Below, one piece after another: positions 40,152 to 53,186 of a stretch of DNA of 54,038 bases. The DNA comes from Seison nebaliae (Eukaryota). Position 1 is the first letter of the stretch. Each line of letters starts with the position of its first letter. The stretch covers positions 1 through 54,038 of the forward strand of contig JALJEE010000877.1 in assembly GCA_023231475.1 (NCBI GenBank), read 5' to 3'. Under the pieces are notes generated by a model that saw nothing but the letters and a program-made list of their open reading frames with translations, did no database searches and was not told the origin of the DNA. A program made the position numbers and the translations under genes.

Positions 40152-42741
40152 GAATCTAGGAGCGGATCTCACCTTATAGAGGAACTCACCCTCTTTTTAA
40201 TTTTCGAAGTAGAAATCACTCTGTGAATAAAGGCTTAATACTGCAATTCGGAGAGGAACTCACCAACTATCAATATTTTAAAGAGGAACTCACTCAGTAT
40301 TGCCATTTCGGGGAATAACGAATCCATTTTTTTCAATGTCGGAGTGGAATTCACCTTATTTTTTCAATTTCAGAGAGGAACTCATCCATTTTTTTCAGTA
40401 CACAGAAGAACCTTTATGATCCTTTATGATATTTCGAAGAGAAACTAACTCCGTTTTTATAATTGGTAAAATAAGAAAGAATCTCTGATGAGGTCTTGAT
40501 GAAAACAATTACATTTCTTTAATTAGTTAATAGGATTATGGCGTCTTGACGTTTTCAAATAATTTGACATTAAAACACTGTTTCTTCAATTAATTACATT
40601 TCACAAATGAAAATGGTAACCAGCTATACACATCAAAGACGGCAATCATAAAAGTAGTCGATCATTGGATCAAAATACAAAAAAATTCTGTTAATTGAAG
40701 AGTTTAAAGAAAAAACATCGAAGTCATACATTTATTTCTTTAATCAATTAAGATCATAGTTAATTTATGACAAATGGTTCTATATTAATACATCGTTATT
40801 CTCGATTAACATTATCAAAATAACATTGTTTCGTTGAATTATCAATTGTTTATCTTCACCATTTGTGATTGAGAGTGAGAATTACTGAATTTCTCCTTAT
40901 CGTTTATAGAATCAAGGAAAAACTATAACATGACAATTATTTTATGAGGTGAGTTCCTCTCTAAATTTCAACTAAAAAGGTGAATTTCCTCAGGGTGAGT
41001 TCCGCTCCCAAATAGAAAAAATAGGGTGAGTTCCTCTCCGAAATTGAATCTAGGTATGAAAACCGCTAATTCGCTTTTACTTGCCTCCATGCACTACATT
41101 CAACGCAATAATCGGTAATTCTCAGACCATCAACAAAACTGACAAAAGAGTTAACGTAAAATTTCGTGTATCTAATAAATTTATCAATAATAATATTAAT
41201 ATCGTTGGGTATAATCAAAATTTTTAAGAAAATAAAATTAAAGAATGATTTTCTAGCACGAATACTTTATTTTGCTTCTCACTATCGAAAAATCTGATTC
41301 TCATGAATTTTTTGGTGCCAAACGGCGAATGCGAACGCGTACCATTCGCTTGTAAGATCCTCGCAGTGTCATTGATGCTTAACTGCAATTGTTTTATATC
41401 AAAATTGCAAGTAAAACAGTGTCGTAGATAGTAAAAACGAGAAAGGAGACAATTTGATGAAAGACAAACGAAACACTTATTTCTATTTGGGTCCACTACA
41501 ACTTAAGATTTTCTATTAGGTCCATTCAAATGAATGCTTCCTAAAATACTTGTTCACTTTTTCTAATTAAGCGAATTCACAATTCGATTTATTATTGATA
41601 TGTTAGGTTTCTTCCTGAATGATATATATTTTATTTCACTTTAATAATTTAATAAGAATATTTTCAATTAAACACACTTATTTGGAAAGGTGCAAAGTTC
41701 CTTGTGTGTACAATTGACATTGATAATACCTATGCATTTTGTCCAATCATATAATTTGTTTTTGGAACTACTCGATTCTTCGTTTTATATGTTGTATAAG
41801 TGTTAAAGTTTTATCTGAATTATATTAAAACGCCGTCTCGTAAACAGTTGTTTTGAACTATTTGTATTCATTAGTACGTATACATTAAATACATTATACA
41901 TTTTGAACTGGTTTGGTTTATTGATATCACCATATAATTTTCATCGATTTTTCAGATACTGAAGTCATACTTATCGCGCAGTTTGTGAGTTTACTAAAAG
42001 TGCATCAATTTTTGAAAACAGTATGTAGGAAGAATGGTTTATTAATTGTTAATCTAATTTATATTGAAAAGTTTAAGAAGTTTGGATCAATATCAATGAA
42101 ATTGTAATCCGCATGTTTTAGTTTTGCATCAAGTTTAGTTTTTAGTTTTTAAGCAGTATTGTTGTAGGTCGAACTAGAGCTGTCCGAACGAACACGAACA
42201 GAATATACATTTTTCGAACGAAAAGTGTGGAGAAAAGTCGAACGATTTATAAAAAACAAATTTCATGAAACTCCTATACATTGTTCAAAGATGCTATTCT
42301 TGAAAAGTGTTCACATCAGGTGTTTGAACAAAGTTTGAACAAAGTTTGGACAATTATTTAATTAATTAATAATAATACTAATAATTAATGTAATAACTAA
42401 AAAGTTCAGAATCCCGCAGGAACCAGGGCTTAGCCGGAATTTTATAAAATTCAAAATGATCATAACGCGATCAAGAATCATTCCTTGTGCCTTATGAATA
42501 GTGCAAGCGTATGAAACTTTCAAAGGGAACTGATAACGCTTCACCATGAACGAACAGTTGTATTCACAACGTTTTATTTGATTCGACTTAATTTGTAATT
42601 GTTATAATGTATTTCTTCTATTCGGATGGAGTCTCACCCTGAGGTTGAGGGTGAGACCCTCTCCGAAATTAAAGTTATTCCCGCTCCAAAAATAGACAAG
42701 AAGGTGAGAGTAGCTGTAAAGTGAGAGTAGCTCCTAGATTC
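40152..42741. mobile_element. Putative inverted-repeat (TIR/foldback-like) element with GAGGAACTCACC subterminal repeats
   Basis: The left end GAATCTAGGAGCGGATCTCACCTTATAGAGGAACTCACC (40152) matches the reverse complement of 42703-42741 (GAATCTAGGAGCTACTCTCACTTTACAGCTACTCTCACC). About 6 degenerate GAGGAACTCACC copies lie at 40160-40450, with inverted copies at 40945-41045 and 42625-42720. Confidence 0.55.
42420..42547 (-). pseudogene. PIF1-family helicase C-terminal fragment (TE-derived relic)
   Basis: KRYQFPLKVSYACTIHKAQGMILDRVMI matches the PIF1/Helitron helicase RxQFP..AxAxTIHKxQG motif. The frame is truncated. Confidence 0.8.
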
Positions 42742-42868
42742 TACTATTTCTTCTATTTTGGAGTGAGTCTCACCCTGAGGAAATCCACCTAATTTGTTAT
42801 CAAAAAAAAATCTATATCTACTTCTATATTTTATCTAAAAAAAAAAAAATCCACCTCATAAAAAAATA
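42742..42868. repeat. Inverted copy of the 40935-41030 repeat block
   Basis: The reverse complement AGGTGGATTTCCTCAGGGTGAGACTCACTCCAAAATAGAAGAAATAG aligns with AGGTGAATTTCCTCAGGGTGAGTTCCGCTCCCAAATAGAAAAAATAG at about 40978-41024. Confidence 0.75.
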
Positions 42869-43564
42869 TTATACTTTAAGAAAAAAAAAGATAAATAAGT
42901 AACAACAATTAAAGAAAATTTACCACAAAAATATTAGAAACAAATAGAAATAATGAACAAAGTTATTCTGAAAGATTGAAAATGGCAAAAATTTTACAAA
43001 AAAATTCTTCGAGATTGTCAATTTCGAAATTCTGGATTACCGTCTTTAATTGTTCATCTCTCACCTTCTGCTCTTTTCGAATGCGCTTCTTTATCCCGTC
43101 TTCGACCAACTTATATTGTACATTTTCATGTTAAAAACAATTATACAAACACATTATACAAAAAATTTAAACAATATTCAATCTGAAGCCAAAAAGTAGA
43201 TCTGGGAGAAGTGTTGTAGTTGTCTCTAGTTGTGTTAAAACCTCATCGGACATAACCAACAGAGACATATTGGAATCAAATATCCAGAACCATGTCAGAA
43301 TGGAACATATAGAGATGTATATGCATATCTCCACAAATCTCTCTTATCAGAAAAAGGTTCGGTGGAGAAAAAGGAATTCTTCGTTACCATTCCAAAGAAA
43401 GAATTTGACGTCGTATACGATGTAAGCTTTTAACCAAACGATATCGAAATAAGGTCATTTGCAGTGACAGAGAAGATGTTCAATATATATTTTACGTTTT
43501 ATTTCAATATTTTCAACATGAGACATTTTTTTTAAAGAATTTCCCATCAAAATTATAAGTTAAT

Positions 43565-46500
43565 TTATTTTTTCAATATTGCATCCGACATTCTCCACAA
43601 TTCCTCATCGTTATAACAATTCTGAAAAGAATCGAAATATTTCAATAAACTTCCATTCTCCTCGAATTGATAGGTTCTTAAATAAGATGTTTAAGGTTTG
43701 AAACGTATGAGAATTCTAACATCTTCTTATAATAAGTTAATTGTTCCAAACATTTATATTGATACCATCTCTTATGGAAATTAATCTGATCATTCTTCAA
43801 CATATCTCGATTTCCGGTATTGATGAAGGATAAATCTTGAAGAATCAGTCCTCTACAGAATTGAAAAAAGAGATTCACTATAATTTTCTTATAAAATTAT
43901 AAAAATTCCAACATATATGGAATACATGGTGGCTGACATTTGGCTAAAGTATTTCGATAATTTTTAAACGATCCGGTACTGTCGATCAATTTGGAATAAT
44001 CCGCAATGATCTGAGAAAATATTATATTTATATTTATAACAGAATTATAATAACTTCTTGGATTTTACTTGACCAACCGAGTCGTCGTACTTGGGAAGAG
44101 TCAATGGCAGACAATATTGCCAGGAATGAATTATAATTATTCATTTTCCTTAAATACTTAAAATAAAAAGATTAATAGATGTCAATTGGTAATGATGATG
44201 AAACTTTTGTTATTGTTATAAATTTCCACATATATTTCTCACGTAATCTTTCACTCTTTTGTTCAATGATTCGTGATCGACACCTGACAAAAATAGAGCA
44301 ATTGAATCATTTGAATTGTTCCTTCGAAAAATGGAACCAGTATGATAATCGATTAAAATGTAAGGTGAATTCAAAAAGATTTTGACATAATTCTTCCGAC
44401 TGTAATTTGATCCAAAGAATAATTTCAGGGATCTTGATAGCTTGAAATTTCTTTGCATCTAAATAAGTCAATTGTTCTGCAATTATCAATGATTTAATCT
44501 GAAGTAAATTGATATTACTCTCATCGATTGTTCGTGAGAATAATGAGGTGGAATGGTTTCTTATTCCATTTCTCTTTTTCACCTGGACAACCTCTTTCAA
44601 TTTCTCATTGAGACAACGATAAAGTAGACGCGCTAAGATAAGTTCTCCGTCATTGATGAGAATGTTACATATGAAATAAACTAATAGTTGTACAGTCTCT
44701 TTTGTTAGTTCATCACTAATGAAAGAAAAGTGAAAGAATTTAAATTGATAATTTAAATAATATAATATTGAGATGACGAACTATAAATCGTGGACTATTC
44801 GAATGATTAACGAGAAAGATTCTTTTGTAATTTTACTGAAGATTTCGTTATCTTTATCATACTTCACTTCATTATTCAGTTTCTTTGTATAGAACACACA
44901 ATATCGGTAAATCAATTTGTAGAGAAGGAGATATGGTGAAATGAATGTACGAAATGTTGTGATGAATGCTTCTTCGTAAATCAGATCTTTCGATGTTGTT
45001 GTTGTTGCGTTGACGATTAAGGCGTCCATTGTACCAGATCTCAATAATGGAGTTTTCGTGTTCTCCTATAAACACATTTAATCAATTTTCCTTCTCGAAT
45101 TAAAGAAACCTTTTCTTGATAATTTAAATATTTTCCCACCTTTATCTCATCCAAAATGTTATTTCTGATAGAATAAAAAATTTATAAAATTTTATGAATA
45201 AATTGAATAAACTCAAATTTGGAATTGTCAATGAGATTCTGTCGATAATTTGCTTTTACTTTCCTGTCGTTCACCGTCTCATAAATATTCTCGCAACACA
45301 ATGGCATTTGATGAATAGTATTCTGATATTTTTCCCATTCAATCTTCCATCGACTCATCATCGACAACCATTCGTTAGTGTTAGTGAGATTTAATGAATT
45401 TAAAAATTTTTGCATTTTCTTTTCATTGTCCTCCGTCTGATAATATTGCAATAAAATTTTGATTAAGCAATCTCATAAAAATATTGCGAAAATAAAACAT
45501 ATTCGATTGCTAAAAAGTTTTTATCGTCTGATGAAATAGTTTGACCGAACATCTCCGAATAAGTCTCAATACCAATCGCTTTCCGAAGACTATTACAATC
45601 CTTTTCTCCATTGTGCCCATTCTCATAATCTGATGTGATTGATGAGGTATCAGATGATGGAGAAGATTTCATGTCAAAGTTTATGAACGCAGTTCCTCCA
45701 CCTCACAAAAAGAAGAAGAAGTTTGAAAGAAATAAAATGAATAAATTGTTGAAACTTTTCCCGAAACTTTGCACATTGGAAATATTACCGTCCGCATCAA
45801 TATCTCCCACTTTCCCACTTTGCTTTAGACCAACACCATGAAAATGGACTGATGGATGTTGTTGTTCATCATAACCCAGAATTCTACCAGTTTTCTCATC
45901 TTTTATTGGGAATTTCGTTTGACGCTCACCTTTCGCTTTGATATCTTTCCGATGAGATGTCAACTCTTTCGCTTTCGCTGTTCCATCAACTAAATTTTTC
46001 TTTAATTGTTTCTTCTCCTTCAATTTCTCAGTATCGTTAATATCGATCGATGTTTCGATGATCTTATCAGTTTTCGAATCACGTTGTTGTCGAAATCCTT
46101 TGATTCGATGAGTATCTTCCATCTCTTTCTCTTCCTCGATCTTCTCATGACCATCTGCCGTTCGTACATGTTTTTTACTTTTCGTCATATTGAAACTCTG
46201 TTTCTCTTCAGTAAACTCTGTTTTGTTATTATCAGTTTGTTTATTCCGTTTCAATGGTTTCATATTTGGTGCAATGAAATTGTCACTACGATCAAAAATG
46301 GATGTACCACTTGGAGCTAATCGGTTTGATGACATCAATTGATGTTCGTTTGATGAGTTGAAGAAGTTTCTCTTCTTTTGACCAATTCCATGACTACGAA
46401 ACCAATCATCTCTTAAACTTGAATCGTTAACTGTCATTTCGTAATTCGAAAATGAACTTGTTACTGGTGGTCGATTAATAAACGAGTTGTTTTCATCATA

Positions 46501-47754
46501 TTTATTCTGATTATCGTTTATTATAATTTCTTCAATATCATCATTAGAATTATTATTGAAATATTTATCATCCACTTCTTCAATTATTACGTTGTTGTTA
46601 TTGTTTTCATATTCATCATCTATATCAATTATATCAATATCATTATTATTGATATTATCGGAATGATTATCAATCGATTCATTATCTGATTCGAATTCTT
46701 CAATGACCATATAAGTCGATTCGTTCAAATTCGATGCGATCAACAATTGTTCATTCTTTTCATTGAATTTATGAGCATTCAACACTGCATCGTTATGTTC
46801 ATCACTACTCATCTTCTCATAAAAATTACTTCGAAAATTCTTCAAATCTTTCGTCACATTCTTCAAATATTCTTTATCTGAACCACAATTCTCATCAACA
46901 GGAAAATTATGTTCAGAAATTCTCTCACATCTCCTCTTATTCGTTGTTGTTGTAAGAATAATGTTCATGAATTGTGCCAATGACGTTGAAAATTCTTCAC
47001 AACAACAACGAACTGTTAGAGGAGAGTGGAAGATGTTATCAAAGTCTAATAATTCATAATTCAACCGATCATATTCTTTTTGTCTCGCTTCGCGTATATG
47101 CTTCGAAGAGATGAGGTGTTCCTCGTTGAAATTGATCACTTTATGACAAATATTCTTAATTAATGTTTCGAAATTCTTTATGATACATCTGTATGCAATT
47201 AATTCTTTCTCCGTTAACCGGTTCCCAAAATAATGAGATTTCACTAAATCAAATTCGATGAAACATTCGAAAAGTGCATAAGATATTTCAATCAACAACT
47301 CATGATTATCAGTTATATCGATGCGACGGAGGAACGTTAAAATTTTCTCATTCTCATTTGATATTCTCGAAAAATCTTCGTCACATTCTTCTATTTTTCT
47401 TTCGCTTTTCTTTGGTCCACCACAATCACGCAACGGCGTTGACGATCTTGAAGGAAATTTCAGGTTGAATCTAACATTGTCTTTACGGTCGATAATTGAT
47501 TGGGTTGACGATATCGAAGATTTTCGATGATTTCTTGAAGATGGAAATATACCATGTTTTAACGATTGAATGAATGATTGACGTTTCTTGGTTGGTGTTA
47601 TAATTGGTTCTAAATAATGATTGTTTTCCTCATCTTCACTAATTAAATGTTCATTCTTATTATTATGCCGTCTTTTGTTAGCAGAAAATTCATCGGAGTT
47701 CTCCGTTGAATTCTTCAACTTCTTTTCCTGAAAGATTTTGCGAAAATTTCGCAT
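43565..47754 (-). CDS. RAPGEF1: Rap guanine nucleotide exchange factor 1 (C3G)-like, REM + CDC25 domains, 11 exons, about 1221 aa
   Basis: Exons 47754-45756, 45701-45499, 45436-45213, 45164-45110, 45065-44782, 44715-44338, 44283-44205, 44156-44055, 44010-43913, 43852-43721, 43676-43565 (3666 nt). Motifs: RSGTMDALIVNA, YEEAFITTFRTFISP, GELILARLL, IAEQLTYLD, FTLHFNRLSYW, NNYNSFLAILSAIDS, PPCIPYIGLILQDLSF, INFHKRW. Confidence 0.9.
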
Positions 47755-48489
47755 AATCTCTATAAAAGAAATGTGCTTTTCCTGTCTATTCTAAAAGTTC
47801 ATTAATCAGTAATAATCTCATTAAATTATTTATTTTTTTTAAAATTTTATCTAGAAAATTTACATAGATCTACAACAAAAGATAACTCCTTCAACGAGTT
47901 ATTAAAAATAAAATTGTTACTTATTCCTATATAATCCTTAAATGTTCTTTGATTTCACTTGATAAAACTTGATTTCAACAGTATCGTATCATCAAGTGAA
48001 AGTGAATAATTAATTGAATAATTATGGATAATAATAGAGACAACGAGTAGGTCTCGTAGAATGAATATAATGGAACTGAAAGAGTGGAAGTTCGAGCAGA
48101 ATCAACCAATTTCAAATATCTCTGCACCAGAAATAATCAAATTTATTAGGAAAATATTAATTGCTTCCTCATTCGTTTGTTAATGAGAAAGTAGTAAAAT
48201 AGTAAATGAGAACTGAAAATTTTCTCATTGGAACATTGAGAGGAAGTAAGGAACAGCTGCCGAAAAAAGATGGCGTACATTCGCATCATTCTCGAGAGAT
48301 GAAAAAACAGATGAAGAAATAATGATGAAAATTAAATTTGGTCTGATGAAATATAAACAACTTTCTAAAATGCTTAATACTTTTACAGTGTATAGTGTAC
48401 ACTTCTCAATTAGAGGAAGATGGAAGTGAAATAATTCCATCATAATCAATATTATTATTATTATTATTATTATTTTTATTATTTATTGG

Positions 48490-49150
48490 TTAAAATTCCC
48501 GTCGGGATAAACTTGAAAAAAGAGAAAAAAAATTACTGTCATCCTCTGTATCAATAAAAAGGCGTAATTGATCGAGGGAATCGCGGTTAATAGGTAGAGT
48601 TGAGGTGGAATCGTATGTTGAGATGAAATTTTTAAAATCGATTAGAGAAATGTTTGAAGATAACCCGTAGTATCTGACAGTGTATGTGAAGACGGAATGG
48701 GTGTGAAAAGGATGGATACCGGAAGAATGACTAGAGAGTGAGTCAGAATTGTTACATTTATCACGGAGTGGAAAAATACGACGACATAGAAGAATTGGAA
48801 GTGGTCGGATATTCACAGTGGCGAAAAGAAGTGAGCGGTTACATCAAAGAAAACAGCGGATCATTCTCCTAATGAGCCGATTATAAGCTCGGTCCAAGGA
48901 TAGAAAAGCCCGATGACAGCATAGAAAGATAGTCTCCAAAGAATACAAAGGTAGCACTAGGCTCCTGAAAAGTGAAAGACGGATCTTTAACAGGACGAAT
49001 TTGGATTTAGGAGAGAAGGAGAAAAAAGCCCTACAGAATTTGTTTCGGATACGATCGAGAGCGGATGAGGAAAAAGACCGCATATCGATCAGCGAGCCAA
49101 GGAAGATAGTAGAAGTAGCAAGAGGAATGTTAGAGAACGAACGATTACCG
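48490..49150 (-). mobile_element. Non-LTR retrotransposon 3' relic (post-RT C-terminal region)
   Basis: KIRLSLFRSLVLPLYSLETIF...LDRAYNRLIRRMI resembles the LINE C-terminal 'LFKSLVLPxLxY...LDxxxxRxLRRI' segment. The frame is broken and GC is locally higher. An AAT/TTA-rich run at about 48445-48490 sits at the presumed 3' end. Confidence 0.65.
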
Positions 49151-51596
49151 ATTGAATATTCCTGCTGAAAAATCTTATTAAAATCTGTTAGTCAGTTCCA
49201 AATTGACGTTCAGGAAAGTATTGACTAATGGTTATTTATTTTCGATTATTATTTGAGGAAGTGTATGAAAAAGAATTATTCACATTCATTATTCTTCCCC
49301 ATCGATATATACTGAAAATATGAATCAGACATGAAACTATTTATTCTAAATCTATCAATCTAACAAGTAAATTGATAACTTAATATTTATATGAGGGAAA
49401 TAAGTTTTCTGAATGAATAATGTTCGATAGACATACATCTTTATTTTATTCTTCAATTATTTCATACAAAATATCTTCCATCTCGTCAATATAAAATTCA
49501 TCAGAACACACATTTCGTTCGGTTCTCCAAAAATTTCTTAAAAACATAAATGAAATACTAATCGATTATTTGACACCATATGAAAATGTATTATAGGAGG
49601 AATAGTAATGATCATTGTATTTTGTTGAACATCACATGTGAGATCATTAATCTTATGCGTCATAGAATCAGTTAAACAAATCATCACATTTATTTAATAA
49701 ATAAATTTTATTATATGCACTCTAATATGAAATGTGCATAATATTAATGGAATACTTAAACGAAATGACATAAAGTCTGTAACATTAAATTTACAATAAC
49801 CATCTAAAAATTATTTTCTGGTGAAGGAGCTACAACGAATAAACGGTCGTTCATTGAGGCCCAAATGATTTCCGTGTTAATCTATTAAAAATGACAGTTA
49901 AATTGATGTTGGGAAAATGTGGGAGTGCATAATGCGTGCTATGTTCTCCTGGTGAAATGAGATTAGATAAATAAATTTTAAATATCTTCACTGAAGACTC
50001 TCTGAGTTGATTTATAAAATAAATTTTCTTCTTAAATTCCCACAAAATCAACAGATGAAAAACCTGTTTCCACCATTTCCGTTACTCATCACCGCCATAC
50101 AGTTGAGTCTTATTGATTGAATGAAAATCCGTAAAGAAATCTTCTTCTTTCGTTTTCTTCAATCGAATTCGTCTTCCAAGGTCATCCTAATTTACCATGA
50201 AAACATCGACATTCCTCCTTTTTCTCCTCCTCCTCCTAATCACTCTCAGTTAGGCAGTTAATGACTAGTAGAGATGAGATCGTTTTCTTAGGTGGAAAAG
50301 AAGTAATTGATATTTAAATCTTCCGACAAATAGAGAATGAAGTTCCATTGAGAGTCGTGAAGGTGAACGATGGTTGAGAAAGAGGGATCGTATTAAGAAT
50401 TGTTTTCTTTAAAGAATACAATAAAATTTTCTTAACTAACTATCTATTATCAGTAGAGACAATTTATTAATGTTTTATTAGTTCCCGATCATTATCTATA
50501 AGAGAGACGATACAGCTTTGTTTTGTGAGTTTTCTAACACATTTTTAATGAGACTCAACATTATCTTCGCTAGAACTCTGTTCGAATGATGCTAAAAGCT
50601 AAAAATTTTCCAAAAGTTTCAAACGCTAATTTTTTTAGAAGCGAAAAAATGTATACGAAAAAAAATTGAAGCACTCAACCAATGTTTTACCTTATCTTCT
50701 AGTTGCCATTGTGTAATTCCTGATCATCGCACCATTCCGCTTATTCTTCAAAAAAAAGTCTTCATTAGCTTAAATAACGATATTGTATTATTCGCTTTAA
50801 CTCTTACCCACTTTCATCGTTCACCGTATTTCATAGGTCTCTGACCGTCAAGTTCTCTTCGATTACTTTTCACTATATTCTTATTTTCAATTTTTCAATT
50901 TCCATCTTATCTAGCTTTGAAAACCTGACTCTTACTTTCTTTGTTCAATTTGTATCCTACAATTTATTTTTAATAAAATTATGAGAAGAAATATTTTTTT
51001 ATATATTTTGCATAATCTAAAAAAAAACAACAGAAAATTAATAAGAAAGAAGCATTTATATTTTCAATTAAGAAAATTCCTGAAGTTAAATTAGACATTT
51101 GGAATTAATTTGAGAATTTCAATAATAACAATTTTCTGAATACATCCTGAAGAATATTGAGAAATTTGAAATTCGACTGGAGTTGTTGAATATGAAACTT
51201 CCTTTATATTGAAAAATGAAAAACTGTGCATATTTTAAATTATTGCGGTAAAATTGAAACAATTGCAACAGTTTTAAAATTTAAACAGTTTGCAGGAAAG
51301 TAACCATACATAAAAAAAATTCGGAAGTGAAATATCGGTGTGAGAAAAAATTTTTAATATTTCGTTTGCGCGTTTCGTATTATATTGGTTGAATTAGGCT
51401 TGTGCCAAGTTACTTCTAAGAAACACTTTTAACACGTATTTCAAGAAATTGGTGTTGAAAAATTAAAATTTTACATTTAAAAGGAACAATCAGAAATTAA
51501 TTAAATATTTTCTTCATTTATCTATATTATTCATATAAGTAGTTTACGCGGAATAACTACGAGAGAAGGGGGAGTCAGAACATTCATTTAGCAGCA

Positions 51597-53186
51597 ATGA
51601 CAATTCAATACCATTCTACTCCGCTCCCACCAATTAACGAAAACGATAATGGTAAAATAGATTATCGACCATTCGCTGATAGAAGTAAGGATAAAAGTGA
51701 GAAGAGTCAAGTGGGAAATAAGTTTAAAAATGACAAAGTTTATTTGGAAATGTTGGAAACACCAAGAACGGAAATAAAACTAAAACATCTTCAATATTAT
51801 TCGATGACCGATGATGAGCGAATGAAACAGATCGCTTATTGGTATGAAGATGCGTTGAATAGTACCTTCACATTACATTTGGGTGGTCGAGGTCTCTGCC
51901 GCAATCGAACAATAACGGTTGAAATACAACAATTATTTTGTATCATTCAACAATTGACACAAGAACGTTCAACCAGTAAATCTGTTCGTGGATTAGTTAA
52001 ATTACAAGAGAAACAGATTTTCCTATTACATTTCATTATCGACCGAATTGGGAAAATGGAGAATTCAGTCCTGCCATTTGCATTCTCATTTGTTAAAAGT
52101 CTACTAAATATATTCCATTGGGAGGTTCGATTTCAAAAATCAGCAATACGAAAATTTAAAGATTTTCAGATCCTATTCCAACTAATTGAGCACTCACTCA
52201 CCTCTTCTCAATCATATGAACATTTCGATGATTATATGAAAGATGTTTTCCACTTCATCAATCGACATATCAGTGTCCACAAGGAAATGTTCCAAAGTAA
52301 TGAACTATTTATTAATCAGAAGGAAACCATTGAATTACTCTCAAGAAAAATTACGTCAATGTATGATTACGAACCACATAGTTATAATTCTGAATGTCGT
52401 AAAGGCTTCCCGAGGAATCTACAAAGTAAACCGAACGTGGCAGGTCAAGCAGACGACGTTCAAAAAGAAAAAGCTAAATCATCGCCCCTAAAGGAATTGC
52501 AGAAAATGCAGAAGCAACATGGCCAAATACCAGCCATCTCAATGGAGAATCAACATTACTATAAGGTACTTCAATTGGATGAACAAAAAAGGTTTCAAGC
52601 TAAGCTTCGGTTACAATTAAAAGAACAACCAAGAGAATTCTACGATAAATTACGGAAACAACAACAAAAACAACATTTGGAATTACAACGTCAAGCATAT
52701 GCAATTGAGACTCGGGATGATGAAGAAGAATCGCCTGAACTCGATCGCGATTTAATTTATTTAGAATTTCTCATCATTCTCGCCAATAATCCTTTCTACT
52801 GCAAACTTCTTATAGAGAATGAACATATCGAAGGACGGATGATTCATGCAGTTCTATTCGGTTGTCCCTCAAATCTCTGCATGATTTATCTTCTCCTACT
52901 GTTGCAGACGTTAACGAAACAATCACATAAGTCAGATGGACTCAATCGTATCATGTGGTTTTGTTTCGCTGCTGTTGCACCGGAAATTCAATCATTATAT
53001 CCATCGAAAAACTTTCGACAAAAAATTGATTATTATCCACGATTCACTAATATGGATAAATACTTCTTTGCATTGGCTCACATTATCGTTCGTGTGGCGG
53101 AAATGAATGAAACTTTCCGAAATGAAATTAAAGAAGCCGATGCGTTACCCCACCTCAATTTCTTGCGACGCGTTTTAGATAAATAG
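51597..53186 (+). CDS. Unknown, mostly alpha-helical (possibly ARM/HEAT-like) protein, at least 529 aa; may continue past the apparent stop
   Basis: A 529-codon ORF in AT-rich DNA with amphipathic helices and a Q/K/E-rich coiled segment. The TAG stop overlaps a GTGAGT donor at 53186. Confidence 0.7.
   Translation: MTIQYHSTPLPPINENDNGKIDYRPFADRSKDKSEKSQVGNKFKNDKVYLEMLETPRTEIKLKHLQYYSMTDDERMKQIAYWYEDALNSTFTLHLGGRGLCRNRTITVEIQQLFCIIQQLTQERSTSKSVRGLVKLQEKQIFLLHFIIDRIGKMENSVLPFAFSFVKSLLNIFHWEVRFQKSAIRKFKDFQILFQLIEHSLTSSQSYEHFDDYMKDVFHFINRHISVHKEMFQSNELFINQKETIELLSRKITSMYDYEPHSYNSECRKGFPRNLQSKPNVAGQADDVQKEKAKSSPLKELQKMQKQHGQIPAISMENQHYYKVLQLDEQKRFQAKLRLQLKEQPREFYDKLRKQQQKQHLELQRQAYAIETRDDEEESPELDRDLIYLEFLIILANNPFYCKLLIENEHIEGRMIHAVLFGCPSNLCMIYLLLLLQTLTKQSHKSDGLNRIMWFCFAAVAPEIQSLYPSKNFRQKIDYYPRFTNMDKYFFALAHIIVRVAEMNETFRNEIKEADALPHLNFLRRVLDK

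Noticed and set aside
40160..40450. CRISPR-like array of spaced repeats
   Set aside because: The context is eukaryotic, the repeats are only about 12 bp and degenerate, spacing is irregular and there are no cas genes. They fit TE subterminal repeats better.
45672..45760. TGA readthrough or selenocysteine in RAPGEF1 (frame continues after TGA)
   Set aside because: The preceding sequence is a T-rich, GTT-starting, 54-nt intron-like tract, so splicing is the simpler explanation.
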